Below are positions 26,035 through 38,456 of a DNA stretch of 64,000 bases, one piece after another (position 1 is the stretch's first letter; every line of letters begins with the position of its first letter). The position numbers were made by a program, and so were the translations under genes. The DNA comes from Spongospora subterranea f. sp. subterranea. Its lineage: Eukaryota. Where the stretch lies: positions 1 to 64,000 of the forward strand of contig JAUGWO010000080.1 in the NCBI GenBank assembly GCA_049724395.1. The letters are read 5' to 3'. Under the pieces are notes generated by a model. It saw nothing but the letters and a program-made list of their open reading frames with translations. It had not been told where the DNA came from and ran no database searches.

Positions 26035-26192
26035 GTCGGGTTCATGTCTCACCGAAAAAAAAGATGTGGGATATTGGGGAAGGAGGGAAAGTCGGTGGAA
26101 ATGGATCCGTGTATTAGAGACGAAGGCAAAAGAGAGAGTGAGTATTAATATTGAACGGTAAACGCCTGAGGACACTGGGGTGAGGCACGACA
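26035..26192 (-). mobile_element. 5' LTR (26065-26192) and gag start of the family-1 host element into which 23838-26034 inserted; it continues at about 23770-23837
   Basis: Removing the insert and one TSD copy restores ATGAACCCGACAGAACACAACATG (MNPTEHNM), the same gag start as at 25837. Confidence 0.85.
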
Positions 26193-26285
26193 AATTTGTC
26201 GCCTGGGCCGATGGAACAATCAGGCCATGGAAAATTGTTAAATACTTGGCCAGTCTCCCCGGGAGGCAATCAGAACAATGGCTGG

Positions 26286-28400
26286 TGTCCTCATACGTGT
26301 GCCTAAGGCTACCGTTCTATTTTCTTTCACGCTCTCTCTGTTGCCTTCGAATCTAATACACGGATCTGATTCCACCGATTTTCCCTCCTCACCCAATATA
26401 CCACATCTTTGTTTCGGTGAGAAATAAATCCCAGAGAGCACAACATGCCGGAGAGCGCAGGCGTCGCCGCCCCGCTTCCTCCACATCAAAGTTTGAGTGC
26501 CGCAGCTGTATCGCCCAGGGCAGGCTCCGAGCCGTCATCCTCCTATTTCGCGCCCGAACCCGAGGCGAACCACAGCGATTTTCAGCATTTGGCGGCGAGG
26601 GAGGGAGGCGAAGATGGGAGCTAGAGGAATCGGGACGAAGACGGGAACCAAATTGATTCGTCCACAGCCGAATGGAACAGCATACTCGAGCGCTGTACAG
26701 GTTCTCGTCCCTCTTCCGCCGACGCAAACTCCGCGAAGGCCCTCCAGAAGGAAATCCAGGTGCTGCAGGAGCAGCTCACCGTCGTCATCACCTCCAACCA
26801 AGTAAATTGATAACAGGACTCCGCGCCTAACGCAGCTCACCATTCATCCCGCCACGTCATTGTCAACGCGCTCAGCAACTCGTTGTTCGATGAAACGCGT
26901 CGCTTTACCATGTGGCTATCGTTCCGCACGATCGCCCCTCTCTGCTCCCCTCCAATCTCCCAACATTTCACAGACCATCCGTCTCCTCAACATCTTCCGT
27001 TCACGAGTTCCTCACAGCATTCGAGGATCGGCTTGATGCTCACGGGTATCCGCGTCACCGGTTCACCCTGGCGCTGATGCGACAAGAACGAGGTGGACTG
27101 GTGCCGGAGCGAACTCCCATCGCTCCCCTGGTCCTCGCTCGGCAACGATTCCTCGAGCATTACGTGTCCGACGACATGATCGCAGTTTATCGAGATCAGT
27201 TCGAGCCATCCGGAAGTCGCCCAAGGAAACCGTCCTCGGTTTCGCCGACCGATATCTCCAAGCAATGCGACTCGCCGAGCTGGATCCCAAGCTGGGCGAC
27301 TGCGTCATGCATCTCATCCACCGTCTCCCAGATTACGTTCGCAATAATTTACCGAGATCTGTCCTCATCGCTATCTAATAACGCTCGTACCAGTGGTGCA
27401 CCTACCATCGCTCTTCCGGTAATGACGTCGCGTCATTTCAGGCGCAAATGAAGTCGGGGTCTGCTTCCAGCCATAGCAGAAGTCCAAGCAAATGGTGCCA
27501 GGTTCACAATTGTTCGGCCCACGACACCTCCGAGTGCAGGGCGTCCCGCTCCACAGGGCACACGACGTCAAATCCGGTAACCGTTCCCTCAAACGTCGTC
27601 TAATCCTCCGCCGCCTACAGCCCGATCCCCGCCGATGCGGTGCTTTAATTGTCATTCCGCCACCCACTTCCCGAATGTGCCCACCGCCTCCCCGAACGCA
27701 GCAGTCTCGCCATCTGATGGACATCCCCGAGCCTGCCCTCGAACCAATGGTCGACCCGTCGTCAGACGACGCCACCATCGACGACGTTCTGGACCTGCTC
27801 GACACACACACCCGCACTGTTAATGCGTCATCCACTGACCATTTCGTTCCTGTGGTGTTAGGCGACACTCTCCACGAGCACCGCCTACATTGACAGTGGA
27901 ACATCCCACTCAAGCGTTTCTAAAGATGTGCTAGGATTACTACCTCCCGTCTTCCGCAGAACGTTCATCGCCCCGCCGGCCAACAGCACTGTCTCGCTCT
28001 CGGAGCACTTGGTGTTTCCGTTCCCGATTGGGGCAATCGAGCTCTGGTTCACATGGGACTTCAGGCCGTTCGTCCGTTGTTTCGGGGTCGTCCAGCCCCC
28101 CAAAGGAGTTCGAGTAATCATCGGCCGCGATTTTTTCGGCCCGTTAGGTATCAGCATTGGCAGTCTACCCGTTCCAATCGCTCGTCAAGCCAACGACAGC
28201 AGCGATGAAACGGTACCGTCGCTTGCATCGGATGCCGACACCGCCAACCCGTTTCGACAACATCCCCACCTACTGGCTGCAAGCAAGCGTAATCAATCAA
28301 TTTCAGTCAATTCGTTCAGCAAGCTACCGGAAGCCGTCGTCCATTTGAACACGAACGATTAGAGTTCAGTTTACCGGCGCATAGCCCCCACCGCCTCCAG
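26286..28400 (+). mobile_element. Ty3/Gypsy family 1 copy: 5' LTR (about 26286-26405), gag, protease; 3' truncated
   Basis: The LTR ends ...TACCACA and is followed by TCTTTGTTTCGGTG. gag MAIVPHDRPSLLPSN... is near-identical to 24668-25393, and YIDSGTSHS is present. Confidence 0.9.
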
Positions 28401-31047
28401 CCCATTTGTCGGCGCCCAGATATCTCAATCGCAATTCAGTCAGCGCTATCCAGTTCTCCCAATCATCGGCAGTGGATAGCTTGCGCTCGATTTGCAAACC
28501 TCGAGTGGAGACACTTCCAAAATCCTGCGATCATCTGTGGGCCCCGGTTGGATATGATCTCGTCAGGAAGGCCATGCAAACGGAACACGTGTCGTAACAT
28601 CAATTCGGCCAATCCAGGTAATGTGGTAGTCTCATTACACGGGATGAAGTGTGCCATCTTTGAGAACCGATCAACCACTACTAAAATGGAGTTGAACCCG
28701 TTAGAAGTTGGTAGCTTAACAATAAAATCGAGTAATATCGACCGCCATAACTCTGCTGGGATGGGTAAAGGACGAAGCAAGCCTGTTTCGTCCGCTGGCA
28801 GCGCTCACAAGACAGGTCATAACGGCGAATGAACTTGGCCATGCCCGCCCATTAAAAGTGTCGTTAAACAGCTTTGAGCGGTTTCCGACGACCAGGATGA
28901 CCTCTTAATGGTCCGGCATGAAGCTGAGCAAGCACCTCGATTTGTCCATGTTCTGTAGGCACCATTAGCGCTTGATGTCGGTAGAGTAGTCCCTCTTGGA
29001 CGTGGAAGGGGTTGGCGATGTTGCGGATGAGTTTCTGAACTGACTGACCGTTGGCCTGAGCTTCCCTGATGATATCGACAAGCGGGCGGGTGTTCTGACG
29101 GTGTGGCAGAGTGCCATTTAGCTGCAACGGCCCAGTGTTCAGATTGTCTTCCGTTAGTAGTGAAGTTCGCTGGTCTTTTCAGACAGGGTCATCATGTTTG
29201 AATCTCGTATTCAGGCCGCCTCAAGAGCGCGTCTGGCTGACCTGAAAGAAAGTGACCCAGCACGATGGTGAACGACGAGTCGTACTCGCATAGGATCATT
29301 GATCAGCGAGCTTGCCGGCGGCTGAGAATTTCGAAGTTGAGAAGAATCGAAGATTGTTGTGATCGAGATAGAATTTTGATCTTGTGCGGGCTACCCTCCA
29401 AGAAATGACGCCACCGTATGAGTGCTACCACGATTGCCAGTAATTCTTTGTCATGCGTCTCGTAATTAATCTCAGCTGGTATAAACTTTCGCGAATGAAC
29501 TGCGACAGGACCTAATTTACCATCGGGTTGTACCTGTGATAATATCATATCCAAGCAGGGAGATGAAAGACAGAAATGGGCCGAAACGGGGGCTTGGGTG
29601 AAGGCGTGTTTGATCGTATCAAAAAGCTTCCTGATGCAGCGGTTGCCATGAAAATGTAGGAGTTTGCCACAAGGTGATATTTGATGTTTTCTCCGGATCC
29701 ATGTCCACTACCTGAGGGCTGATAATATATCCCACGAATGACATGAAAGCACATTTTTTTCGAGCTTGGTGAATAATCCCTTTTCGCGTAGTTTCTGCAA
29801 AACGACCTTAACGTGAGCTTCGTGCTCTTCCGGATCCTGCGAATAGATTGATATATAATCCAAATATATCAATACGAATTTCCCAAGGAACTTTTAAAAC
29901 GTCTCGTTCATCAGTCGTTGGAATGAAGCAGCGGCGTTCTTGATCCGGAACGGCAACACTTGGTATTCGAAGTGCCCATACTAGCAATTGAATGCTGTCA
30001 TCCATTCATCCCCAGGTTGAATTCTAACAAGATTGTACGCGCCGCGAAGATCGATCTTGTGATAGCATTTGGCTCCAGCTAGCTGTTGTAGGAGTAATAT
30101 GTTATCAATGAGAGAAAGACGGTAGGGTTCTCGTTTCGTAATGTTATTCACGTTCGTGTCAGTGGAACCATCCTCTGTTGGTCGTCCCCAAGAAACCTCG
30201 GATGGAACCAAGGTCACGAATGGTAACCAAACGGTGTTTGAATCGAGTTGCTTGAGTCCAGTCAACGTCTTGCGACAATAACCGGAACTCGTTGCAGTAT
30301 TGTCCAAGGCTATGTCCGATCCTTAGCCAACGCAGAGAGTCGGCAGCTTTGCTAGCCCGGTCGGGATCGTCAAAGGCAATGGTGAATGCCGTGATGAATG
30401 CATTAAAATCGGTCAACGTGGAACTAGAAGATTCATAGAATGGCGTCAGCCAGGCACGGGCTTGCCCAGTAAGAAAAGTGCATATTGATACGCAAAACGT
30501 TCTATTGCACTTGGCCAAACCAATGCCGAAATTCGACTCTATTTCCTCCATGTGTTTCTGGCACTTTTAACTCGGGATCCTTTTCAAAGTTTTCCTGAGC
30601 TCGGGTTCTGGTTGATTGCAGTTCCGAGAGCTGATTGGTCAGGCTTGTGATTCGGGCTTCTGTTTCCAGGCGGAACTGGACAAACTCGGCCAGTACGGCT
30701 TCCAGTTGGGATTGGGCTGTTTGTCGAGTCGTTGGCGCATCACCATTTGTCATGATTGATGGCGTAGTACGTTGCGTAAATGGTATAGTATTGTATACAA
30801 AAAGTCGCGGTTCTTATGGGTCGGGTAATCCTGTGTACTCCCAGGTGTTTCCCTACTTCCGCCTGGCCGCTACAAGTAGCTTGGGTATCCATTGAAGGAA
30901 CCTATTTGACCAGACGTTGAGTAAAGGGAAATTCGCGGAATGAACGGGAGCGGTAACAGAGCAGTTGTTAAGATAACGGCAGACGGTAACGTTAGTGGGA
31001 AGGTGGTGGGGGTTACGCAATGGAAAGGTTCGGACAAACTGTCACGA
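28400..31047 (-). mobile_element. Ty3/Gypsy family 2 element (LTR/leader, gag, RT, RNase H, integrase), heavily deleted
   Basis: gag FLTGQARAWL...[31 protein letters not shown]; RNase H SRKFIPAEINYETHDKELLAIV; integrase PLPIPAELWRSILLDFIVKLP...VVVDRFSKMAHFIP. Confidence 0.93.
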
Positions 31048-31095
31048 ATGGTAAACAAACGGTGTTGATTGAAAACGACGTAGCAGCTGTCACTG

Positions 31096-31410
31096 ATGGG
31101 ACATAGCCTTGGACAATACTGCAGCGAGTTCCGGTTATTGTCGCAAGACGTTGACTGGACTCACGCAACGCTGATTCACCAAGTTCGACAAGGACTGCCA
31201 CGCGATCTCCAACGGATGCTCAACCTGTCCGAAGGCACGGGAAACCAGTTCGTGTCCTTGGACCAGTTAGTGATCACTGCTACGTCGTTTTCAATCAACA
31301 CCGTTTGGTTACCATTCGTGACAACCAAGGTCCCCGGCCGCGTCTGGATCGACCCGCGCGCTCTCTTAACGCCAAGCTCACCCGAACGTTTTCCAATGCC
31401 AAAGGAATTA
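31096..31410 (+). mobile_element. Chimeric fragment: inverted family-2 gag joined to a family-1 RT piece
   Basis: [16 protein letters not shown] matches about 30260-30310 (minus). RVWIDPRAL...PERFPMPK matches the RT at about 36230-36290. Confidence 0.7.
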
Positions 31411-31559
31411 GAGACTGGGAGCTGGGCAAGGCGTCTATGATTGGGCAAGTAGTGCCTCGGGCTAGGCAAGGCGTCTAGGAATGGGCGAGGGACTAAGAAA
31501 GATCAGAGGTGTATTAACTACAGCTGATGATCAGATCTGGCGGTCCGTAGGCCGAAATA

Positions 31560-32760
31560 GGTCAAGGATAGGATGAGCACTGGTGAGGGGGGCGACACCA
31601 GAGGGTACGCGTGATACGTGTCCTGACAGGACTGATCACCCCTCCTGGTCAAGGATAGGATGAGCACTGGTGAGGGGGGCGACACCAGAGGGTACGCGTG
31701 ATACGTGTCCTGACAGGACTGATCACCCCTCCTGGTCAAGGTTAGGATGAGCACTGGTGAGGGGGGCGACACCAGAGGGTACGCGTGATACGTGTCCTGA
31801 CAGGACTGATCACCCCTCCTGGTCAAGGTTAAAGATGAGCACTGGTGAGGGGGGCGACACCAGAGGGTACGCGTGATACGTGTCCTGACAGGACTGATCA
31901 CCCCTCCTGGTCAAGGTTAGGATGAGCACTGGTGAGGGGGGCGACACCAGAGGGTACGCGTGATACGTGTCCTGACAGGACTGATCACCCCTCCTGGTCA
32001 AGGTTAGGATGAGCACTGGTGAGGGGGGGCGACACCAGAGGGTACGCGTGATACGTGTCCTGACAGGACTGATCACCCCTCCTGGTCAAGGTTAGGATGA
32101 GCACTGGTGAGGGGGGCGACACCAGAGGGTACGCGTGATACGTGTCCTGACAGGACTGATCACCCCTCCTGGTCAAGGTTAGGATGAGCACTGGTGAGGG
32201 GGGCGACACCAGAGGGTACGCGTGATACGTGTCCTGACAGGACTGATCACCCCTCCTGGTCAAGGTTAGGATGAGCACTGGTGAGGGGGGCGACACCAGA
32301 GGGTACGCGTGATACGTGTCCTGACAGGACTGATCACCCCTCCTGGTCAAGGTTAGGATGAGCACTGGTGAGGGGGGGCGACACCAGAGGGTACGCGTGA
32401 TACGTATCCTGACAGGACTGATCACCCCTCCTGGTCAAGGTTAGGATGAGCACTGGTGAGGGGGGCGACCAGAGGGTACGCGGATACGTTCCTGACAGGA
32501 CTGATCACCCCTCCTGGTCAAGGTTAGGATGAGCACTGGTGAGGGGGGGCGACACCAGAGGGTACGCGTGATACGTGTCCTGACAGGACTGATCACCCCT
32601 CCTGGTCAAGGTTAGGATGAGCACTGGTGAGGGGGGGCGACACAGAGGGTACGCGTGATACGTGTCCTGACAGGACTGATCACCCCTCCTGGTCAAGGTT
32701 AGGATGAGCACTGGTGACGCGTGATACGGGGGCGAACCAGAGGGTACGCGTGACATGTCC
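31560..32760. repeat. 87-bp tandem array, about 13.5 copies, spanning a PPT-like tract and the 3' LTR start
   Basis: The period is 87 (gtcaagg at 31561, 31648, ...). The minus-strand unit contains AGGAGGGGTGA...TGTCAGGACACG. Confidence 0.95.
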
Positions 32761-32764
32761 TGTA

Positions 32765-33128
32765 CTATCGATAAAAATTGGTTATGCGTAGTCGCAACAA
32801 GAGAGGGTGGTCAGCAATTCCTATAGCGGGTTCCCATGACCTTTTAGATGGCGGGTAACCCTTCCAATTTACTGTATATTGTACTTGTCGTCTATGAATT
32901 TGTGAATCCAGAATGTCTTAAACTTCCTTGAAAGGTCGCTAGGGTTCGTCCTGCAGTACAATGACCGGGGGTTTTACGTCCAAGGCGCGGCCAGGAATGT
33001 CGCTGACGCGTTACGGTTCTAATTTTGACACATGGAACGTGTTATTGATTCGTCATTGGGGTGGTAACTTGATTGAATATGTGACGTCATTTACCATTGC
33101 GGTGATAAGGAACGGACCTGTAAGCAAT
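32765..33128 (-). mobile_element. Integrase C-terminus (GPF motif) plus chromodomain of a chromovirus
   Basis: TGPFLITAMVNDVTYSIKLP, FHVSKLEP and DILDSQIHRRQVQYTVNWKGYPPSKRSWEP. Confidence 0.85.
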
Positions 33129-33225
33129 TGTGGTATCTCGTGGAAAGGTGGAGAATCAGCGGAAGTGGATCCGTTTATTAGATAACAAAAAGCGAATGAA
33201 CAAAAGGATATGAGAATTGGTCACG
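33129..33225 (-). repeat. Partial family-1 LTR
   Basis: TGTGGTATC...GGAAAGGTGGAGAATCAGCGGAAGTGGATCCG matches the LTRs at 23838 and 25856. No TSD is visible. Confidence 0.85.
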
Positions 33226-33459
33226 TAGTGAATCAGCGAAACCAGTCGCGTGCGATTCTTGAATTTCTGTTGGTGACGAGACAGATTATCTGCAATAAGA
33301 TTCTCGTTAGTGGCAATGTAGTGAAAGGTGATGAAACAAGTCGAAACGTCATATGCGAGTGTTATGGATCGTAGAAATGAGGCAAATGAGGAAAAGAAGA
33401 GTCCTGAGTATAGACATGTTATCAATGTTCAATAAGGCTGATGCTCGACGTGGAAGTTA

Positions 33460-35030
33460 TGGTATACAAATGTTGGCGGGTCCTTATGGGTCGGTGTTTC
33501 CCTACTTCCGCCTGGCCGCTACAAGTACCCTTGGGTATTCACTGAAGGAACCTATTAGACCAGCTGTATTCACCCTCATAACCTGTCAAAACGACCACAC
33601 CAAATGGGACCTGCCCCCACCCGATTACATTGCCTATCCAGAGTTCGTCGTGGAAGATCGCCTGCTTGGCTGCCAGAAATTCTCCGATCATGTGTTTCTG
33701 TGATGTGGCTTCAATATGATAGCAAAATTTGGAAGCGTGATGCCAGATGAAACCTAAAACCAGTGTCCGAAACGTCTGAAGCGCAGATAAGGGTAAGTGG
33801 TCGTGATGATCGCTGAGCAGCAGTTCGATGTAAGTAGTGGGCCCTCTTGTGAGAGATTGGCGGGCGTCCGTTGTAAAACGACGGAATTGGTGGATCGTCA
33901 ATTCGGAAACTCCAAAAATCGAACACAATTGTGGTCTTGAAGGAATTCAATACTGAAATTCGAGCCCTTATTTGATTTTCGTGAAAATCAACATCAACAT
34001 ATTCAAGGCGTCTTCGACCATTTGTTGCCATGACTGAAGAACACGAGATTGGCGGGTGTGTTTTGTGAAACGACGGAATTAGGTGGATCGTCAATCGGGG
34101 AACCGATGAGGGAGTGCTACCAGCGTTAGATCATGCTACCGGCGTTACAACATGCTATCAGCGTTATTTACAACATGCTACAGGCGTTATTTACAACCTG
34201 CTACAAGCGTTATTTACAGCATGCTACGGGCGTTATTTACAACATGCTACCGGCGTTATTTACAGCATGCTACGGGCGTTATTTACAACATGCTACCGGC
34301 GTTATTTACAACATGCTACAAGCGTTATTTACAGCATGCTACGGGCGTTATTTACAACATGCTACCGGCGTTATTTACAACATGCTACAAGCGTTATTTA
34401 CAGCATGCTACGGGCGTTATTTACAACATGCTACCGGCGTTATTTACAACATGCTACAAGCGTTATTTACAGCATGCTACGGGCGTTATTTACAACATGC
34501 TACGGGCGTTATTTACAACATGCTACCGGCGTTATTTACAACATGCTACAAGCGTTATTTACAACATGCTACGGGCGTTATTTACAACATGCTACCGGCG
34601 TTATTTACAACATGCTACCAGCGTTACAACATGCTACCGGCGTTACAACATGTTACAGGCGTTACGACATGCTACTGGTCATGGCAATAAATGGTCGAAG
34701 GCTCCTTGAAGATATTGATGTTGTTTTTGACGAAAATCATTGTGTTCGGCATTTGGGGTTCCCTAGATCTGACCACATGGCCTCTATGAATGTAAGAGAG
34801 TAACCTGCCTGACAGTAAATTCGGAAACTCTGGATAGGCCATGTAATCGGGCGGGGGCAGGTCCCATTCTGTGTGGTCGTTAGGACAGGTTATGTCCTTC
34901 AGTGGATACCCAAAATACTTGTAGCGGCCAGGCGGAAGTCGGGAAGCCTGGTAGTGTACACATGGATTACTCAACCCCTAAGAACCCGCGAACCTTTGTA
35001 TACCATACATACCATACCATTTGGGGATTC
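33460..35030. repeat. Diverged inverted repeat (about 33460-34035 vs 34677-35010) flanking the 23-bp array; includes sequence shared with the family-2 LTR/leader at 30790-30915
   Basis: cttccgcctggccgctacaagta occurs at about 30856 and 33505, and inverted at about 34916. MATNGRRRLEYVDVDFHEN (minus) matches MAINGRRLLEDIDVVFDEN (plus). Confidence 0.8.
34115..34675. repeat. 23-bp tandem array (ATGCTAC[CG/AA/GG]GCGTTATTTACAAC) with 69-bp higher-order trimer and 19-bp edge units
   Basis: Directly visible. The three variants cycle in the centre of the array. Confidence 0.97.
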
Positions 35031-35084
35031 CCGTAACGCAAAGTTGCGCGACTGTGGCTTTAACACCGAAGTGGCCGAGCTGAG

Positions 35085-37590
35085 GTCGATGGCGGGCCGG
35101 CACATCCGGCTCAGGGAGCGGTGGCGGGACGTCTGAAGGTGCAGCAAAGGGTCAGGTGTCGGGAGTCCGATTGGGTCGGCTGGCGGATAGAGGCGAGAGA
35201 GGCGATCGGGCAAAACGTTGAGGACGCCGGGGCGGTGAACCTTGAATGTGTACGCCTGTATCGGTTTGAGCCAGCTGGACAGCATAGGGTCGAGCTCCTT
35301 TTGCGTGAGCAGAAAGGTCAACGACCGGTGGTCGGTGAAGAGATGAAATGGGTTGCCCCAATATAGAAGTGAAGTGAGGGTGAACACGATCGAGAGGTGC
35401 TCTCTTTTCGTCGCCGAATACTTGCGTTCTGCTGGCTGTAAAGCTCGGGCGACGAATGTGATCCACTGGCGGTTCGACACGATATCGGGCTGAGAAGGGT
35501 CGCTGAGCTGGTACAGGACGTCTGCAATATCGGTACCAGATGCGTCGACGACCACCTGGAACTCTTTCGAGAAATCCGGAAACGACAGGAACGGGGCTTG
35601 AGCCAGAATGGCCTTGGTGTCCGAGAACGCACGGTCGTGCCTCGGGCTCCAGTGAGAAGGCTCCAGTGTTCGAAATGCTGCGAAGTTCCTCTAGTGGGGC
35701 GGCCAGCGTTGAGTAATCTGGAATAACATCCCTAAAATAATTCAGCAGTCCCAGATATTGTTGAACTTGCCTGTCATACGTGGGAGTAGGCCAATCTTCA
35801 ACTTCGGCGAGCTTGCGTCTGTCTATGGCGATGCCCTGAGCGGACAGGACGTGACCCAGCAGGTGGAGCGTTCTGCAGAAGAAGCTGCACTTGGCGACTC
35901 TTAGGCGAAGACTGGCGGCGGTAGAGCAGGTCTATCGTTGCGCTGAGGTCGTCAAGGTGATTTCGTCGCTGTGCGAACCGACTGTGATATCGCCCTGAAA
36001 CGGGACAGCGCAGTTGCTGTGTTGAAGCAAAGTGGCGATCGTACGCTGGAGAACTGCCGATGTCGGAGTAAGACCGAACGAAGTGCCGACAAACTTGAAC
36101 TGGCGACCATTCCACGAGAAGGCACCCTTTTCGCGTCAGGGATGTGGATTGGGAGCGGGAGGAAGCTCTGCTCGTGATCCAGGCTTGAAAAACACATTGC
36201 GACCTGCCATTGTCTCGAAGATGTCACGCACCTTTGGCATTGGAAAACGTTCCGGTGTGAGTTTAACGTTAAGAGCGCGACACAGAGGATGGTTTCACTG
36301 ACAAGAACGTGACGCTGGCATGACCTTCCCGTCTGCAAGCCATTGAGATATTTGGGCATCGACAATAGGTTGGAGGCTGTGGGCTAGGCGGTACTGGCAC
36401 CGGTAGACACGGCCGATGATCACCCTGACTCTGGGATGCTGGACGATCGCGAAACGATGGGCGAACGGCTTGGAGGCGTCGGCATTCGGAAGCTAGCGTC
36501 GGTACCACGTCGTCGCTGCTGTCGTTGGCTTGACGAGCGGTTGGGACGGGAACGATGTTTCATGTGAACGGGTGCTGTTGGCCGGCGGGGCCATGAATGT
36601 TCTGCGGGAGGACGAGAGGTAGTAATCCTAGCACATCTTCAGGAACGCTTGAGTGGGATGTTTCACTGTCAATGTAGGCGGGCTCGTGGAGAGTGTCGCC
36701 TAACACCACAGGAACGAAGAACCCTGTTGAGAAATGGTCAGTGGATGACGCATCAACAGTGCGGGTCTGTGTGTCGAACAGGTCCAGAACGTCGTCGACG
36801 GTGGCGTCGTATGACGACGGGTCGATCGTTGGTTCGAGGGCAGGTTCGGGGATGCCCATCAGATGGCGAGACTGCTGCGTTCGGGGAGGCGGTGGGCACT
36901 GTTTCGAGAAGTGGGTGGCGGAATGACAATTGAAGCACCGCATCGGCGGGGATCGGGCTGTAGCCGGCGGAGGATTAGACGACGTTTGAGGGAACGGTTA
37001 CATGGTTTGAGGCCGTGTTCCCTGTGGAGCTGGACGCCCTGCACTCGGAGGAGTTGTGGGCCGAGGAATTGTGGAATTGGCGCCATTTACTTGGCCTTCT
37101 GCTATGGCTGGAAGCAGACCCCGACTTCATTTGCGCGTGACGCGTCGTCATTACCGGCAGAGCGATGGTAGGTGCACCACTCGAGCGTTATTAGATAACA
37201 GTGAGGATTGAGATTCGGTGGTTGGCTGCCGCATACGATCTCTGGGGCAGATCGCGGTCAAGGTGCCAACTAGCGACTGAACGGATGCCAGCGCCTCGGG
37301 ACGGGTGAACTTGACCAGATACAATCCTTGCGATCGTATTTTGGGAGACGGTGGACGAGATGCATGACGCGGTCTCCCAGCTTGGGATCCAGCTCGGCGA
37401 GTCGCATTGCTTGATATAAATCGGCGAAACCGAGGACGGTTTCCCTGCGGGTTCGGGCGCGTTGTAGGGGGATGGCGGCTAGGAGCCTGCCCTGTTCGGC
37501 ACTCGAACTTTGATGTGGAAGAAGCGGGGCGGCGACACCGTCCCTCTCCGGCATGTTGTGCTCTGACGGGTTCATATCTCGCTGAAAACC
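35085..37590 (-). mobile_element. Ty3/Gypsy family 1 copy: gag, protease, RT, RNase H (decayed)
   Basis: gag CCHC; RT RALNVKLTPERFPMPK and SSLD..QSF; RNase H VVDASGT...ARALQPAERKYSATKRE...FTDHRSL...NVLPDRLSR. Confidence 0.92.
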
Positions 37591-38306
37591 GCAACGTCCC
37601 CGCGGTCCAGCTCTTCTGCAATCTGCGAGTGGCATCGTCGCACTCCAGCGGCCCATTTCTCGGTCATGTTCTGCCAAGCAGCGAATCCATTCGTCGCACA
37701 GCCGCCCTCCGTTGACGCCGCCTCACCGACTTATAGCGAGGTCCTCGCCCGCCTTCATTGTGCTCGGGAGGTTGTTTTCCCTTCGATCAAGGATGCACAT
37801 TCTTTTCATACGCTGCTGCGTCCATCGCCCAGTATCCCAAGCGCCATCGTATCCTGACCGGCGATCCTTCCCTATTAGCTCCTATGTCATGCTGCAAGAT
37901 CACAAACAGTCGTCCAAGACCGATCCTTTCTATATAGGACCTTTTAAAGTCATCCGCCGCACCAAGGGTGGTTCGTATTAGGGTCTAATGGCGGCGCGCG
38001 ATCCTGCACTCGGCCCTGACACGTATTCGGTCGACAAAATCTTATCTCACAGGGGATCGCCAGCGGCACGCAAATACCTTGTCAGATTCGGGGATACGAC
38101 TCGTTCCACGAGTCCTGGGAGTCCCAGGACAACTTCATCGATACCGCCTGTGTTATCGAATACTGGCGCACGACCAGATCCGGGGGAAAGTGATATCGTG
38201 CGACACTAGTGTCCTCTCCTCTCCCGTACCATTTGATCTCTCGCACCCTTTGATCTCTTTCTTCATTCGCTTTCTTGGTATCTAATACACGGGTCCACTT
38301 CCGCTG
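37590..38306 (+). mobile_element. Family-1 integrase C-terminus, chromodomain, PPT and 3' LTR, in opposite orientation to the adjacent gag-pol
   Basis: YIGPFKVIRRTKGGSY; YSVDKILSHRG...KYLVRF...GYD...ESWE...DNF; GGGGGAAAG followed by TGATATCGTG at about 38182-38200. Confidence 0.88.
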
Positions 38307-38314
38307 AAAAAAGA

Positions 38315-38456
38315 TGTGGTGTACAAAAAAATGTGTCGTGGAAAGGTGGAGAATCAGCGGAAGCGAATCCGTGTATTAGATACCCAAGAAAGCGAATGAA
38401 CTAAGGGCTCAAAGGGTACGAGAGATCAAATGGTACGGGAGAGGAGAGGACACTAG
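38315..38456 (-). repeat. Second family-1 LTR forming a fold-back with the LTR at 38190-38306
   Basis: ctagtgtcctctcctctcccgtaccatttgatctctcg (about 38206) is the reverse complement of about 38419-38456. Confidence 0.9.
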
